Shown here in pieces: positions 1 to 9,375 of a DNA stretch of 64,000 nt. Source of the stretch: a virus (lineage: Duplodnaviria > Heunggongvirae > Uroviricota > Caudoviricetes); IMG/VR virus record IMGVR_UViG_3300001357_000001, positions 1-64,000 of that record. One strand, 5' to 3'. The notes below the pieces were generated by a model, which was not told the DNA's origin, did no database searches, and saw only the letters and a program-made list of their open reading frames with translations. Made by a program: the position numbers and the translations under genes. Each line of letters begins with the position of its first letter. Position 1 is the stretch's first letter.

Positions 1-13
1 TGACGTATATACA

Positions 14-655
14 ATGTTAGCAGCTGGCGGGTTTAAGGTTTTAGTGGCTTGTGAAGAATCGCAGACAGTATGTAAAGCATTCCGAGCGTTGGGAATAGAG
101 GCTTATAGTTGTGATATACAAGAACCAAGTGGAGGGCATCCTGAATGGCATATACAAGGTGATGCGGTTAATGAGGCTTATAGTGGCAAATACAATATGA
201 TGATAGCACACCCACCTTGTACTTATATGAGCAAAGCAGGTGCAAGATGGATGTACCCCACAGCAGGGAATTTAAGCCAAGAAAGGTTTGAGTTAGCAAT
301 GGAAGCGAAGGATATGTTTATGAAATTACTTAATGCTCCGATTAAATATATTGCAGTTGAAAACCCTGTGCCTTTGAAAGTGGTGGGTTTGCCTAAACAT
401 AGCCAAGCGGTGCAACCTTATGAGTTCGGACACGAATACAGCAAGAAAACCCTGCTTTGGCTTAAAAATTTACCACTATTAGAGCCGACTAAAATAGTAG
501 AAAACTATAAGCCTTATTTACCTTCAAATACTGGTGGCAAAAAACGAGGACAAAGTTATAGTAGAGGAAAGGCAAAAAATGCAAAGGAAAGTAGTAAAAC
601 TTTTGAAGGAATAGCGAAGGCGATGGCTGAACAGTGGTTATTAGCTTGCTGCTAA
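14..655 (+). CDS. C5 cytosine DNA methyltransferase-like protein, probably 5' truncated by the window edge
   Basis: PPC-x3-S-x-AG stretch (HPPCTYMSKAG) resembles C5-MTase motif IV; VENPVP resembles motif VI (ENV); AAGGF near the N-terminus may be motif I; the frame is open to position 2. Confidence 0.45.
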   Translation: MLAAGGFKVLVACEESQTVCKAFRALGIEAYSCDIQEPSGGHPEWHIQGDAVNEAYSGKYNMMIAHPPCTYMSKAGARWMYPTAGNLSQERFELAMEAKDMFMKLLNAPIKYIAVENPVPLKVVGLPKHSQAVQPYEFGHEYSKKTLLWLKNLPLLEPTKIVENYKPYLPSNTGGKKRGQSYSRGKAKNAKESSKTFEGIAKAMAEQWLLACC

Positions 656-778
656 CGGTTGGATGTATATGTAGTGTGAGATTTGAAACACTAACTTTGA
701 TTAACCACAGAAGTTGATTAGAAGTAGAAATGTTGAATATACCACCGAACCTCACATTACATATACACCTTGTTATGT
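651..778. repeat. attC-like imperfect palindromic element, copy 1; its 5' end overlaps the stop codon of the upstream MTase
   Basis: GCTAAC-GGTTGGATGTATATGTAGTGTGAG ... CTCACATTACATATACACC-TTGTTATG; about 90% identical to the inverted copy at 38583-38710. Confidence 0.55.
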
Positions 779-957
779 GTAGGTGTGATTATTAAGAGAT
801 AAACTTTATTCGGAGAACTGAACAAAAATTTTAAAAGAAAAAGAAGGGTGGAAACTTTTTAAGAATAAATGAATATAATAAAAAACAGGGAAACCGAAAA
901 CTGATTAGAGTAGGTAAAATAGTAAATAACTTTTACAAAAAAACAAGATTAATTATC

Positions 958-1665
958 ATGGAAGAAAAATTAAAAAATGTATTTGAAAAAGAATACTCAG
1001 AAAACAAATTAACTGATTTTCTAATTAAAACTCAAAAAGTATATGAGTTTTTTGATTATGATTTCAATTTAAAACCAATAGAAATTATTTCAAAAGATTT
1101 TTATGGTGGTAAAGTTTGGTTGAATGAAGATTACGTAAATTGTTCAATATCAAATTTGGAGATAATCACATTTAACTTAGTCTATCCAAAATTAATAACT
1201 AAAATAGTTGAAACCAATTTAGAAAGATTTGGTGAAGTATATTCAAAATTGATTGAACTATATTATTTGGATAAGAACATTCAACTAAAACAGTATATTA
1301 ACATGACTTATGGTTGTTTACAAAATCCAGATTGTATGATATATTCTAATAACATACAATTAGTACCGAATAGACTAAATAAAATGTTAAGTGATATTTT
1401 ATCGGAATTTAAAGGACACGTTATTTATATTGATACCGACCAATTATTTTTTAGAAATTTTGATGAAATAAGAGAAAGATTTGAAAAGTATTTTAACAAA
1501 ATAAACAAATATGACTTAACTTATTTTTCTGAAAAATCAAAATTTGGATTATTTATACGAAAAAAACAATACTTAATAGAAGAAAATGGTATGATTAAAA
1601 TAAAAGGTATGAAACATTTCAACGAAGATGGTATGTGTCGTGGTGGTTTTATTAATATAAAATAA
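958..1665 (+). CDS. Family B DNA polymerase palm-domain fragment (motifs A, B, C and KxY only; no exonuclease or thumb domain)
   Basis: TFNLVYP resembles DxxSLYPS (motif A with Asp replaced by Thr); KQYINMTYG matches Kx3NSxYG (motif B); YIDTDQ matches YGDTDS (motif C); KKQY matches KxY; only 235 aa. Confidence 0.55.
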   Translation: MEEKLKNVFEKEYSENKLTDFLIKTQKVYEFFDYDFNLKPIEIISKDFYGGKVWLNEDYVNCSISNLEIITFNLVYPKLITKIVETNLERFGEVYSKLIELYYLDKNIQLKQYINMTYGCLQNPDCMIYSNNIQLVPNRLNKMLSDILSEFKGHVIYIDTDQLFFRNFDEIRERFEKYFNKINKYDLTYFSEKSKFGLFIRKKQYLIEENGMIKIKGMKHFNEDGMCRGGFINIK

Positions 1666-2209
1666 TTAATTATGTGGGTGGGTTCTTTTTCTAAAATTTT
1701 CTAACACAATAGTTAATTCGGAGAGGGAACTACACTTACACATAAAGGACACAAATATAAAACGTTTTAACTGAGAAATTAAAATAGAATGAATAATTTG
1801 ATAATTAGTATAAACTTTATTTTGAAAAACGAATAAAATGTTTTATATTTGTTGTTATAAGTATGTATTATTTTTGTTTTACCATATAAAAAGAATATAT
1901 TATGAAGGAATTAAATTTAAAATTAAAAACTAAGATTGTTGATTGTGAGGTTTCTTCAATTAAAACCAATATAATAATTGAAGAACCTGATATTGATATT
2001 GTAATACCGAGGAAAATCAGAAAGTCAGTTGAAAAACTTTTGATTGAAGAATTAAAAAACTCAAAACAAAAATAATATTATTTATAACGTATGGTTGTAT
2101 GAAACGTAGCGATAATAACGCACAAAATTTGATTAAATGTACCGACCTAGCAATATTAGTTTTTGAGGGTTGGCAAAAATAAATTTGAAAAATTTAAAAA
2201 GATACAAAT

Positions 2210-3184
2210 ATGAATGTACTTAGTTTATTTGACGGCATGAGCTGTGGACAAATAGCACTTAATAGATGTGGAATAAAATACGATAACTACTTTGCAAGTG
2301 AGATTGATAAATATGCGATAAAAGTAACACAAGCTAACTACCCAAACACAAAACAGCTTGGCAGTATTACAGAGCTTGACGGAACAAAACTTCCTAAAAT
2401 TGATGTAATGTTTGGTGGTAGCCCCTGCCAAAGTTTTAGTGTTGCAGGAGATGGTACTGGGTTTGGTGGTAAAAGTGGTTTATTTTGGGAATACGTAAGA
2501 ATATTAAAGGAAGTAAAGCCAACTTATTTTTTGCTCGAAAATGTAGTAATGAAAAAAGAATGGGAGCAGATTATTACCGATGCGGTAGGTGTAGAACCAA
2601 TATTAATTAACAGCAACTTGGTTAGTGGGCAAAATAGAAAACGCCTATATTGGACAAATATACCAAACGTAAAACAACCCATTGATAAGGGTATTTTGCT
2701 AAAAGATGTGCTACAGGACAATGTAGATGAAAAATACTTTTATAGTGAAAAGGCTATTAGTTACCTTGACCGAAATAAAATAAATAAGAGGTTTGCAAAC
2801 TACAGCGATAGCGAAAAAGCAAATTGCTTGACTGCTGTTTTTAGCAAAAGCCTACCTTATAATGTTTATGTTGACCAAGAAAAGAGTTATTGCTTGACAA
2901 GCAACTATGGTAATATGGCTTGCATTAACTACAATAAGGGACAAGGACAAATAGTGTTTGATAATAAAACTATTAGAAGATTAACACCTATTGAGTGTGA
3001 GAGATTGCAAACAGTGCCCGACAATTACACTAACCACGTAAGTAACACCCAAAGGTATAAGATGATTGGTAATGGATGGACGGTTGATGTAATTGTACAT
3101 ATTTTTAACCAAATGGCTGCGATAGCAGACAAAGAGGGGGAGGAAAAACTAATATTGCGACACAACAGCACCAATGTTGATTAA
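2210..3184 (+). CDS. DNA cytosine-5 methyltransferase (Dcm family)
   Basis: Motif I LFDGMSCG; motif IV GGSPCQSFSVAG; motif VI LLENV; C-terminal TRD plus motif IX-like QxGNG(W). Confidence 0.9.
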   Translation: MNVLSLFDGMSCGQIALNRCGIKYDNYFASEIDKYAIKVTQANYPNTKQLGSITELDGTKLPKIDVMFGGSPCQSFSVAGDGTGFGGKSGLFWEYVRILKEVKPTYFLLENVVMKKEWEQIITDAVGVEPILINSNLVSGQNRKRLYWTNIPNVKQPIDKGILLKDVLQDNVDEKYFYSEKAISYLDRNKINKRFANYSDSEKANCLTAVFSKSLPYNVYVDQEKSYCLTSNYGNMACINYNKGQGQIVFDNKTIRRLTPIECERLQTVPDNYTNHVSNTQRYKMIGNGWTVDVIVHIFNQMAAIADKEGEEKLILRHNSTNVD

Positions 3185-3297
3185 ATGAACGAACCTAGCT
3201 ATGTTTTATACAACGTGTTAGCAACTGTGCCTTATTTGGTACAACGAACGACAATTACAAGCATAGCAAAGGTTTATAAATTGATTTAGGCATTGTT

Positions 3298-3390
3298 GCT
3301 AACGGTTGGGTGTATGAGAAGGTTTGCTTGTAGAAGTTTTCAAATTACCACAAATGTTGATAGCAAACTTTCTTATACACCTTGTTATGC
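3298..3390. repeat. attC-like imperfect palindromic element, copy 2, downstream of the Dcm gene
   Basis: GCTAACGGTTGGGTGTATGAGAAGGTTTGC ... GCAAACTTTCTTATACACCTTGTTATGC; arms complementary with two conserved mismatch positions. Confidence 0.55.
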
Positions 3391-3498
3391 TCTCGTGCCG
3401 ATTTATTAAGTACAAAACTTAATTTGGAACACTAAAGAAAAACAAAAAAAATTTAGGTGGAAAATTAAAATTTGAATATTTATATATAAAAGAAAACG

Positions 3499-3918
3499 AT
3501 GAAAGATTTGAAGAAATTTATAGCAACTACCATAAGAGAATATTTGAATGAATCAACAAAAGTATTTGGTTATAGAAATACTAATTCTAATAAAATCGGC
3601 AAATATGGTACATTTTATAATGTGAAAAATACAAATCATTACAATACTAATATCGTAGAATTAAATTTTAAAAATCCATTAATTATTGAAGATAGCGATG
3701 TATATAATTTTGAAGGTCTTACCTTAGAATATTTATTTTGGAAATGGTTTCCTGAATTAGAAGATACTTACGTAATTATGGCTAAAAAACAAGGGATTGA
3801 AACTGGTGAATTAATTGATAAATTAGTTACTAAAGAAGCAATCAAAAGAGGTTATGATGGTATCATTATGTGTGATTTAGAAATTGTTGATTTAACAACT
3901 CATCCAAACTTTAAATAA
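3499..3918 (+). CDS. hypothetical protein
   Basis: ORF of 139 aa on the same strand as its neighbours. Confidence 0.4.
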   Translation: MKDLKKFIATTIREYLNESTKVFGYRNTNSNKIGKYGTFYNVKNTNHYNTNIVELNFKNPLIIEDSDVYNFEGLTLEYLFWKWFPELEDTYVIMAKKQGIETGELIDKLVTKEAIKRGYDGIIMCDLEIVDLTTHPNFK

Positions 3919-3974
3919 GTATGTAGGGAAAATTCTTTTTGTTTTTCATCACAAATGTTAAATCGAAGAACTGA

Positions 3975-4045
3975 ACTAAGGCATGGAGCATAACGGCTAT
4001 GGGTATGGAGTCGGTTTTTTACGGGTTTGAAACACTAAAATTAAA
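3975..4045. repeat. truncated copy of the palindromic element (left half only)
   Basis: GCATAACGGCTATGGGTATGG ... GTTTGAAACACTAA resembles the 5' half of the element at 651-778. Confidence 0.35.
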
Positions 4046-4048
4046 TAT

Positions 4049-4315
4049 ATGAATAAGGTAGATATAATTAGAAAGCACATAGGTGACGATGACTTTTACG
4101 ATATGAACGGAACATCAATGTTAACCAACATTTTGAACGCAATGGAAGAGTATAAGGAACAGGAAGTAAAAAACTGCTCTATACCCGATGTTAGCCAACA
4201 ACGTGAACAGTTAATTGATTTTGCTATTCGATTTGACGGTGGAAATACAAGAACAAATAGAAAGGCTTACGAGCAAGAAGTTGACGACTACCTAAAATCA
4301 ATTAATTGTGGCTAA
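4049..4315 (+). CDS. hypothetical protein
   Basis: ORF of 88 aa. Confidence 0.35.
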   Translation: MNKVDIIRKHIGDDDFYDMNGTSMLTNILNAMEEYKEQEVKNCSIPDVSQQREQLIDFAIRFDGGNTRTNRKAYEQEVDDYLKSINCG

Positions 4316-4352
4316 CTATTATATATAAAACTTAATATTTAAAATATTAATC

Positions 4353-5159
4353 ATGAGTAATTTAGCTGATAATTTTTTAATGATTTATATTGAAAAGTTA
4401 AAATATTTTAATTATTCTAAACATACTATTAGAGATTATTCGCATTATTTTGAAAAATTTTTGATTTATGTTAATAAATATCCTCAACATCTAACATCTA
4501 ATGATTTCGAGAATTATTTATTAAACTATAAATTTTCATCAGTTTCTCAACAAAATCAAATAATTAACGCATTAAAGTTTGGATATGAAAAAGTTTTAAA
4601 TAAAAAATATAATAAAATTGATTTTCAAAGACCAAGAACCGAGAAAAAAATACCACAAATAATTGATAAAGAATTTCTATTAAATAGAATACCAAAAATC
4701 AAAAATATTAAACATAAGACAATAATATCTTTAGCATTTAGTGTAGGATTAAGAGTTTCAGAAGTAATTAATTTAAAAATAAAAGATATTGATTCTAAAA
4801 GAATGATAATTAATATTTATCAAGGTAAGGGTAAAAAGGATAGAATTGTTCCGTTGTCAGAAAACATTTTAAATTTATTGAGAGAATATCATAAACAATA
4901 TAAGCCAAATGAATATTTATTTAATGGTCAAAAATTACAACAATATTCACCAGAAAGTTGTAATAAAATAGTAAAAAAATATTTAGGTAATGAATATCAT
5001 TTTCATTTACTTAGACATAGTTGTTTTACTACATTATTAGAATCAGGAACAGATTTAAGAATAATTCAAAAATTAGCTGGTCATTCATCAAGTAAAACTA
5101 CGGAAATTTATACTCATGTAAGCACTAATTTATTATCCAAAATTAATTTACCAATATAA
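4353..5159 (+). CDS. Tyrosine site-specific recombinase (XerC/D-like phage integrase family)
   Basis: C-terminal catalytic signature HLLRHSCFTTLLESGTDLRIIQKLAGHSSSKTTEIYTHV (HxxR ... Y); conserved Arg in the SVGLRVSE box. Confidence 0.85.
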   Translation: MSNLADNFLMIYIEKLKYFNYSKHTIRDYSHYFEKFLIYVNKYPQHLTSNDFENYLLNYKFSSVSQQNQIINALKFGYEKVLNKKYNKIDFQRPRTEKKIPQIIDKEFLLNRIPKIKNIKHKTIISLAFSVGLRVSEVINLKIKDIDSKRMIINIYQGKGKKDRIVPLSENILNLLREYHKQYKPNEYLFNGQKLQQYSPESCNKIVKKYLGNEYHFHLLRHSCFTTLLESGTDLRIIQKLAGHSSSKTTEIYTHVSTNLLSKINLPI

Positions 5160-5160
5160 T

Positions 5161-5190
5161 TGTAACATTTCACAACATTTTTCGTATAAT
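5161..5190 (+). promoter_or_regulatory. phage promoter-like motif, -35 TTGTAACA / extended -10 TTTCGTATAAT
   Basis: TGTAACATTTCACAACATTTTTCGTATAAT lies about 18 nt upstream of the ATG at 5208. Confidence 0.55.
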
Positions 5191-5228
5191 TGTAAAAATA
5201 ATTTCTAATGAATAAAATTAATAAAATA

Positions 5229-5267
5229 GAATCCCTCTCAAAAGATTTGATTATCGTGAGAGGGATT
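5229..5267 (+). other. perfect 11 bp inverted repeat (hairpin) inside the short leader ORF, ending just before the in-frame TAA
   Basis: GAATCCCTCTC-N17-GAGAGGGATTC. Confidence 0.6.
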
Positions 5268-5273
5268 CCGTAA

Positions 5274-5630
5274 GTGACAGGTTCGGGAAAATCAACCTTT
5301 GCTGGAATGGTTGGCAGAGCAATCTGTTGTGCTGATGATTATTTCACATATGGGAATGATTATCGTTGGTCACCAGATAAAGTAAGTGCTGCTCATGATT
5401 GGTCTCAACGTAAATGTAGACGTTTCATGAAAGCAGGTATTGAACGTATTGTTGTTGCTAATACCAGCACAAGAGTAAGAGAAATGCAACCATATATGGA
5501 TTTAGCTGAACAGTTTGGATATAGAGTATTCACAGTTATTGTTGAAAGTCGTCATGGCAATAAAAGTGTTCATAATGTTCCAGAAGAAACTCTGGAAAAA
5601 ATGAGAGAACGTTTTAACATAAAATTATAA
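5274..5630 (+). CDS. P-loop kinase of the polynucleotide kinase (PNK/AAA_33)-like type. The reading frame continues upstream to the ATG at 5208 but is interrupted by TAA at 5271
   Basis: GSGKST Walker A sits at residues 3-8 of the GTG-initiated ORF; the upstream in-frame peptide MNKINKIESLSKDLIIVRGIP looks like the missing beta-1 strand; GC content is higher than the surroundings. Confidence 0.5.
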   Translation: MTGSGKSTFAGMVGRAICCADDYFTYGNDYRWSPDKVSAAHDWSQRKCRRFMKAGIERIVVANTSTRVREMQPYMDLAEQFGYRVFTVIVESRHGNKSVHNVPEETLEKMRERFNIKL

Positions 5631-5632
5631 TT

Positions 5633-5986
5633 ATGAGAATGTGGATGGTAGACCCAAAAATTTTATGTAATAAACACTTGCTTGGAGAACATGGTGAGAT
5701 TCATAAACACAGGCATAATTTCGTAAAACAACATAGTATTACGAAAAGAGTCTCACCTGTTGTTCAAATTCAACCATCGGCAATGCAAAGCAGACATGAT
5801 GAACTTGCAGTAGAAATGTTGAGAAGAAATATGAATCATAAGTCTCCTTTTAAGCAACCAGATATATCATATCTTCCAACAAATGAAAGGTCTGTTGTTG
5901 TTGATATACAGAACTCAATTAAGGATTTAAGTAATAGATGTTCTGAATGTGCTAAACGAATAAATAATATGAATTATGTGTTATAG
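5633..5986 (+). CDS. denV: Pyrimidine dimer DNA glycosylase (T4 endonuclease V / DenV-like)
   Basis: NKHLLGEHGEI and RHDELAVEMLRRNMN align with T4 EndoV DQHLMAEYREL and RQIELIAECLKRGFN. Confidence 0.5.
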   Translation: MRMWMVDPKILCNKHLLGEHGEIHKHRHNFVKQHSITKRVSPVVQIQPSAMQSRHDELAVEMLRRNMNHKSPFKQPDISYLPTNERSVVVDIQNSIKDLSNRCSECAKRINNMNYVL

Positions 5987-6200
5987 TGGTAGATGTAGAT
6001 GGGAAAATCATATGGGAGATTGTAGATTTCCTAGTAGTAAAAAAGTAACTGAAAAATATCCATTACCTGTTTGTGAAATACCTACATGTGAAGAAGAATG
6101 CACTGAAGAACATGAGAAGTTTCTTAACGAGGTCTATGATGATATTCAAAAAATATTAGAAGATGAAAAAAGAAGAGATAAAGAAAATAATAAAACCTGA
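5976..6200 (+). CDS. small Cys-rich (zinc-ribbon-like) acidic protein
   Basis: CRFPSS ... CEIPTCEEEC. Confidence 0.3.
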   Translation: MCYSGRCRWENHMGDCRFPSSKKVTEKYPLPVCEIPTCEEECTEEHEKFLNEVYDDIQKILEDEKRRDKENNKT

Positions 6201-6714
6201 AAACGGTATTGAAGAAGCAATAATTGGTAACGAATACTTTATCGAAGGCTGTCAATATGGTCGCCCCCGAAAAGGACATCCAGAAGGACAGGTTATATAT
6301 CATATAAAAGAAGTGCTTGAAAACATAGATGAGTTTTACGGTGATGATGAAGACCGTAGTGATTTACGATTATTAGCAATACTTCATGATAGTTTTAAAC
6401 ATAAGGTAGATAGAACCAAACCAAGAGTCGGTGAAAATCATCATGGAATGATTGCAAGAAGATTTGCAAGTAGTTATCCTATTGCTAATCACGTATTAGT
6501 TATTTTAGAAAAACATGATGATGCATTTAATGCATGGCAGAAAGGTGGAAGACATAATAATTGGTATAAAGCAGAAAATACTGCTAATCAACTTATTCAA
6601 GGATTACTTATTGAAAACTGTTTAGACCTTTACGTGAAATTTTTTAAATGTGATAATCGTACAGGTGATAAACAGCAAGATAATTACGAATGGTTTATTA
6701 ATTTAATAAAATAA
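6163..6714 (+). CDS. HD-domain phosphohydrolase
   Basis: H ... HD motif (LAILHDSFKH) with downstream His and Asp residues (HHGMIARR, EKHDDAF). Confidence 0.55.
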   Translation: MKKEEIKKIIKPENGIEEAIIGNEYFIEGCQYGRPRKGHPEGQVIYHIKEVLENIDEFYGDDEDRSDLRLLAILHDSFKHKVDRTKPRVGENHHGMIARRFASSYPIANHVLVILEKHDDAFNAWQKGGRHNNWYKAENTANQLIQGLLIENCLDLYVKFFKCDNRTGDKQQDNYEWFINLIK

Positions 6715-6720
6715 TTGTTT

Positions 6721-6751
6721 TTGTAACAAATTTATTATATTTTCGTATAAT
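6721..6751 (+). promoter_or_regulatory. phage promoter-like motif
   Basis: TTGTAACAAATTTATTATATTTTCGTATAAT, with an ATG 13 nt downstream. Confidence 0.6.
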
Positions 6752-6763
6752 TAAAATAAAAAA

Positions 6764-6982
6764 ATGATAGTCGTAGTAAAGATAATTGTATTTTTTTTAG
6801 CACTTTTTGCAAGTTTTGCTTTAATTGAAGATGTTATTGAAAGAATAATATTAGCATCAAAAAGAAAATATGAAGATTATCACGATTCTTATGTACGAGG
6901 ATATACAACATTATTTGAAGGCATACTACCTTTATATGTTATTATTTTATGGACAGCATTTTATGTATTAAACTTATTATAA
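6764..6982 (+). CDS. small membrane protein
   Basis: two hydrophobic helices. Confidence 0.4.
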   Translation: MIVVVKIIVFFLALFASFALIEDVIERIILASKRKYEDYHDSYVRGYTTLFEGILPLYVIILWTAFYVLNLL

Positions 6983-7414
6983 ATGTTTGAATTATTACTT
7001 GGACACCTAGCAGGTGATTATCTTTTACAAAATGAATATTTAGCTTTGAATAAATCCAAAAATTCATTAAATGGTTGGATGGCAGCATTTGTGCATTGCA
7101 TTCTTTATACTCTTGCAGTGTGTTTATTCATGTGGAATTTTGATTGGTATTGGATAGTAGCAGTATTTTTCTCACATTTTTTTATTGATAAATTTAATTT
7201 AACTGAATATTATTTAAAATTAATTAAAGGAAGAAGTTTAAAAGATTTTGTGAATAAAGATTATATTCCACCACATTATTTTGTAGCTATTCCAAATAAA
7301 AAAGTTAATCGTTATGATATCCTTCAGGGTGGTTTTAGCGCATTAGTTTATACAATAACAGATAACACTATGCATCTTATTTTAATGTGGGGTGCGTATA
7401 ATATAATTTATTAA
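6983..7414 (+). CDS. membrane protein
   Basis: hydrophobic segments; ATG overlaps the upstream stop. Confidence 0.4.
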   Translation: MFELLLGHLAGDYLLQNEYLALNKSKNSLNGWMAAFVHCILYTLAVCLFMWNFDWYWIVAVFFSHFFIDKFNLTEYYLKLIKGRSLKDFVNKDYIPPHYFVAIPNKKVNRYDILQGGFSALVYTITDNTMHLILMWGAYNIIY

Positions 7415-7416
7415 CT

Positions 7417-7767
7417 ATGAGCACATATATTAATCAATACTTTATGTATGGAATTTCAGTTCCGTATAACTGGTATAAAGAATGGGAAGATAAAACTGGT
7501 AAGGATTTCCATGAAACATTCGAAGAATTTATGGATGAAAGTAAAGATAATATCCATTGTTTATTTGATGGTCGTGATGGACGATACATTATAATTGGAA
7601 AAGTATTAGAAAAAACCGATGGAAATCAACGTTTACTTGGTGATGAACAACCAATTGTTGTTCCAAAAATAAATAAGTGGGATAGAAATATTATTGAAAG
7701 AAATGTGAAAAAACATTTTGGATTAACAGGAGATTTTAATTTTTACTTCGTAACTCATTATAAATAA
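7417..7767 (+). CDS. hypothetical protein
   Basis: tightly packed ORF. Confidence 0.4.
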   Translation: MSTYINQYFMYGISVPYNWYKEWEDKTGKDFHETFEEFMDESKDNIHCLFDGRDGRYIIIGKVLEKTDGNQRLLGDEQPIVVPKINKWDRNIIERNVKKHFGLTGDFNFYFVTHYK

Positions 7768-8065
7768 AATATGGCTGGATATTTAAAAGAATTTAAAATT
7801 TTTGATTACGACATATTATTTGTCTTTCGGCATAGATATGAAAAAGATGATGATGGTGAAAAATTAATTAATACTTTTACCATGTGGAGAGAATGGCGAT
7901 TAGGATTTTTCTTTAAAAAAAATAAAGCCGTTGGAAAAAAGAACTTTAAAAACCCAAAAAAATGGAAAAACAATTTAGTAAATCATATTATGATTGGTAT
8001 TGATTTACTCTGGTGTAAAACATGGGTTACTATTAGTAAAGGAACAATTAAATTAGAAATAAAAG

Positions 8066-8863
8066 ATGAAAAATAATATTAAATTAGGACATCAAGCACC
8101 TAAAGGCTGGAGAGTTGATAGATTCAATAGTATTGAAATCAGTGGTGATTTACATTACTGTTTATCACATAATTTCGTATATGATTGTGAAGAAGAAGAA
8201 CGTAAACTTTATAACGCCCAGCCTTGTTATTATACTGATGATAGATTTACTGATACTATTCATAATTATTTTAAAAAAACTTATTTGTATTGGACACGTT
8301 ATTATGATATTAGTTTGAAAGCATGTATCAGAAGAACACTCCAAGTAAAAAATATTCCTGTTGGAACTATTGTCGAGTTCAAAAAAAGTTGGTATTATCC
8401 GAAAAGAAGAATTGATAATAGTTATAAATTTAAAATCAAGAAATTTAATCCTTTGGATATTAAATATGAAATTAACTTGCCAAAATATAAAAGAAATTTT
8501 GAAAATGACGAATTCTCTCAAAAATTAACAGAAGCACTTCGTGCTAATGGTTTCATTGTTGGTGTAAGTGAAGGAAACCCAAACTTTCTGTCTTCAATGA
8601 TTAGTACTGCTGCAGCATATACTGGTCAAGTAGTTCAAGAACAAGATGAAAATGGTCAAATAGCAGTTGCATACGGACATGGAAGAATTATTGGATTTAG
8701 TACTGGTGAAAATAGTTTCAGAGGCTATGGTAATGGTTGTGAAAACATACTTTATGATTTTCATGAAGAATTTAATAAATGGAGTCAATGTATTGAAATT
8801 CATAAATCAACACCAATTGATGAAATAATTAAAGAATTAACTGACGATAAAATAGATAAATAA
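8066..8863 (+). CDS. hypothetical protein
   Basis: 265 aa ORF; its start overlaps the upstream stop. Confidence 0.45.
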   Translation: MKNNIKLGHQAPKGWRVDRFNSIEISGDLHYCLSHNFVYDCEEEERKLYNAQPCYYTDDRFTDTIHNYFKKTYLYWTRYYDISLKACIRRTLQVKNIPVGTIVEFKKSWYYPKRRIDNSYKFKIKKFNPLDIKYEINLPKYKRNFENDEFSQKLTEALRANGFIVGVSEGNPNFLSSMISTAAAYTGQVVQEQDENGQIAVAYGHGRIIGFSTGENSFRGYGNGCENILYDFHEEFNKWSQCIEIHKSTPIDEIIKELTDDKIDK

Positions 8864-9375
8864 TGGGAATTACTAAAATAAGATGTTTATTAGGTGTCGA
8901 AGTATTTGAAATTTCTGATAAATACATCATGGAATTAAGACAAGCACATCGTAATGCTGAAGAAGTATTTGATATACTTCCTGAATATACTATTAACACA
9001 AATAAAGGTGTTGGTAATAAACCCGTGCTTGCAAAATATTTTCATCAATTTATCGGTCATGGTGATAGTGATGAAAAATATTTATATTTCAATTTACAGG
9101 CTGCTGACAATCAATTAGATTTTGAAATCAGAGAAGGTAGTATTGAAGATATATTTGAAGGCTATGATTTTAAAGAATTATTATCTCATTTCAAACCACA
9201 AACCGATGATGATATAAAAAAATATGTATTTCCACAAACAAATTTTTTAGTTGTTGAATTAACATATATTACATCACAAGATTATTATAGTGGCGGTTGG
9301 GAAACTGATGTTGAAGTCGAAATTATCGGATATTTAAACCCTAATTTAGAAATACAATATTTTAAAACTGATTAA
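8863..9375 (+). CDS. hypothetical protein
   Basis: 170 aa ORF; start and stop overlap in ATGA. Confidence 0.45.
   Translation: MGITKIRCLLGVEVFEISDKYIMELRQAHRNAEEVFDILPEYTINTNKGVGNKPVLAKYFHQFIGHGDSDEKYLYFNLQAADNQLDFEIREGSIEDIFEGYDFKELLSHFKPQTDDDIKKYVFPQTNFLVVELTYITSQDYYSGGWETDVEVEIIGYLNPNLEIQYFKTD

Noticed and set aside
489-755. Antisense and overlapping ORFs from the six-frame track (for example 489-755 minus, 2225-2431 minus, 8115-8318 plus, 8165-8521 minus, 10369-10830 minus, 40693-41052 plus, 44576-44941 plus)
   Set aside because: They lie opposite or inside well-supported genes, are low-complexity and AT-rich, and lack promoters. They are likely spurious.
4353-5159. Classical integron integrase IntI
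   Set aside because: The protein is about 268 aa and shows the XerD-like catalytic box only. IntI proteins are about 320 aa or longer and carry a characteristic insertion, so the call was kept generic.
5271-5273. Stop-codon reassignment (TAA read as sense) to explain the interrupted kinase
   Set aside because: TAA is used as the stop codon by most genes in the window, so genome-wide recoding is not plausible.
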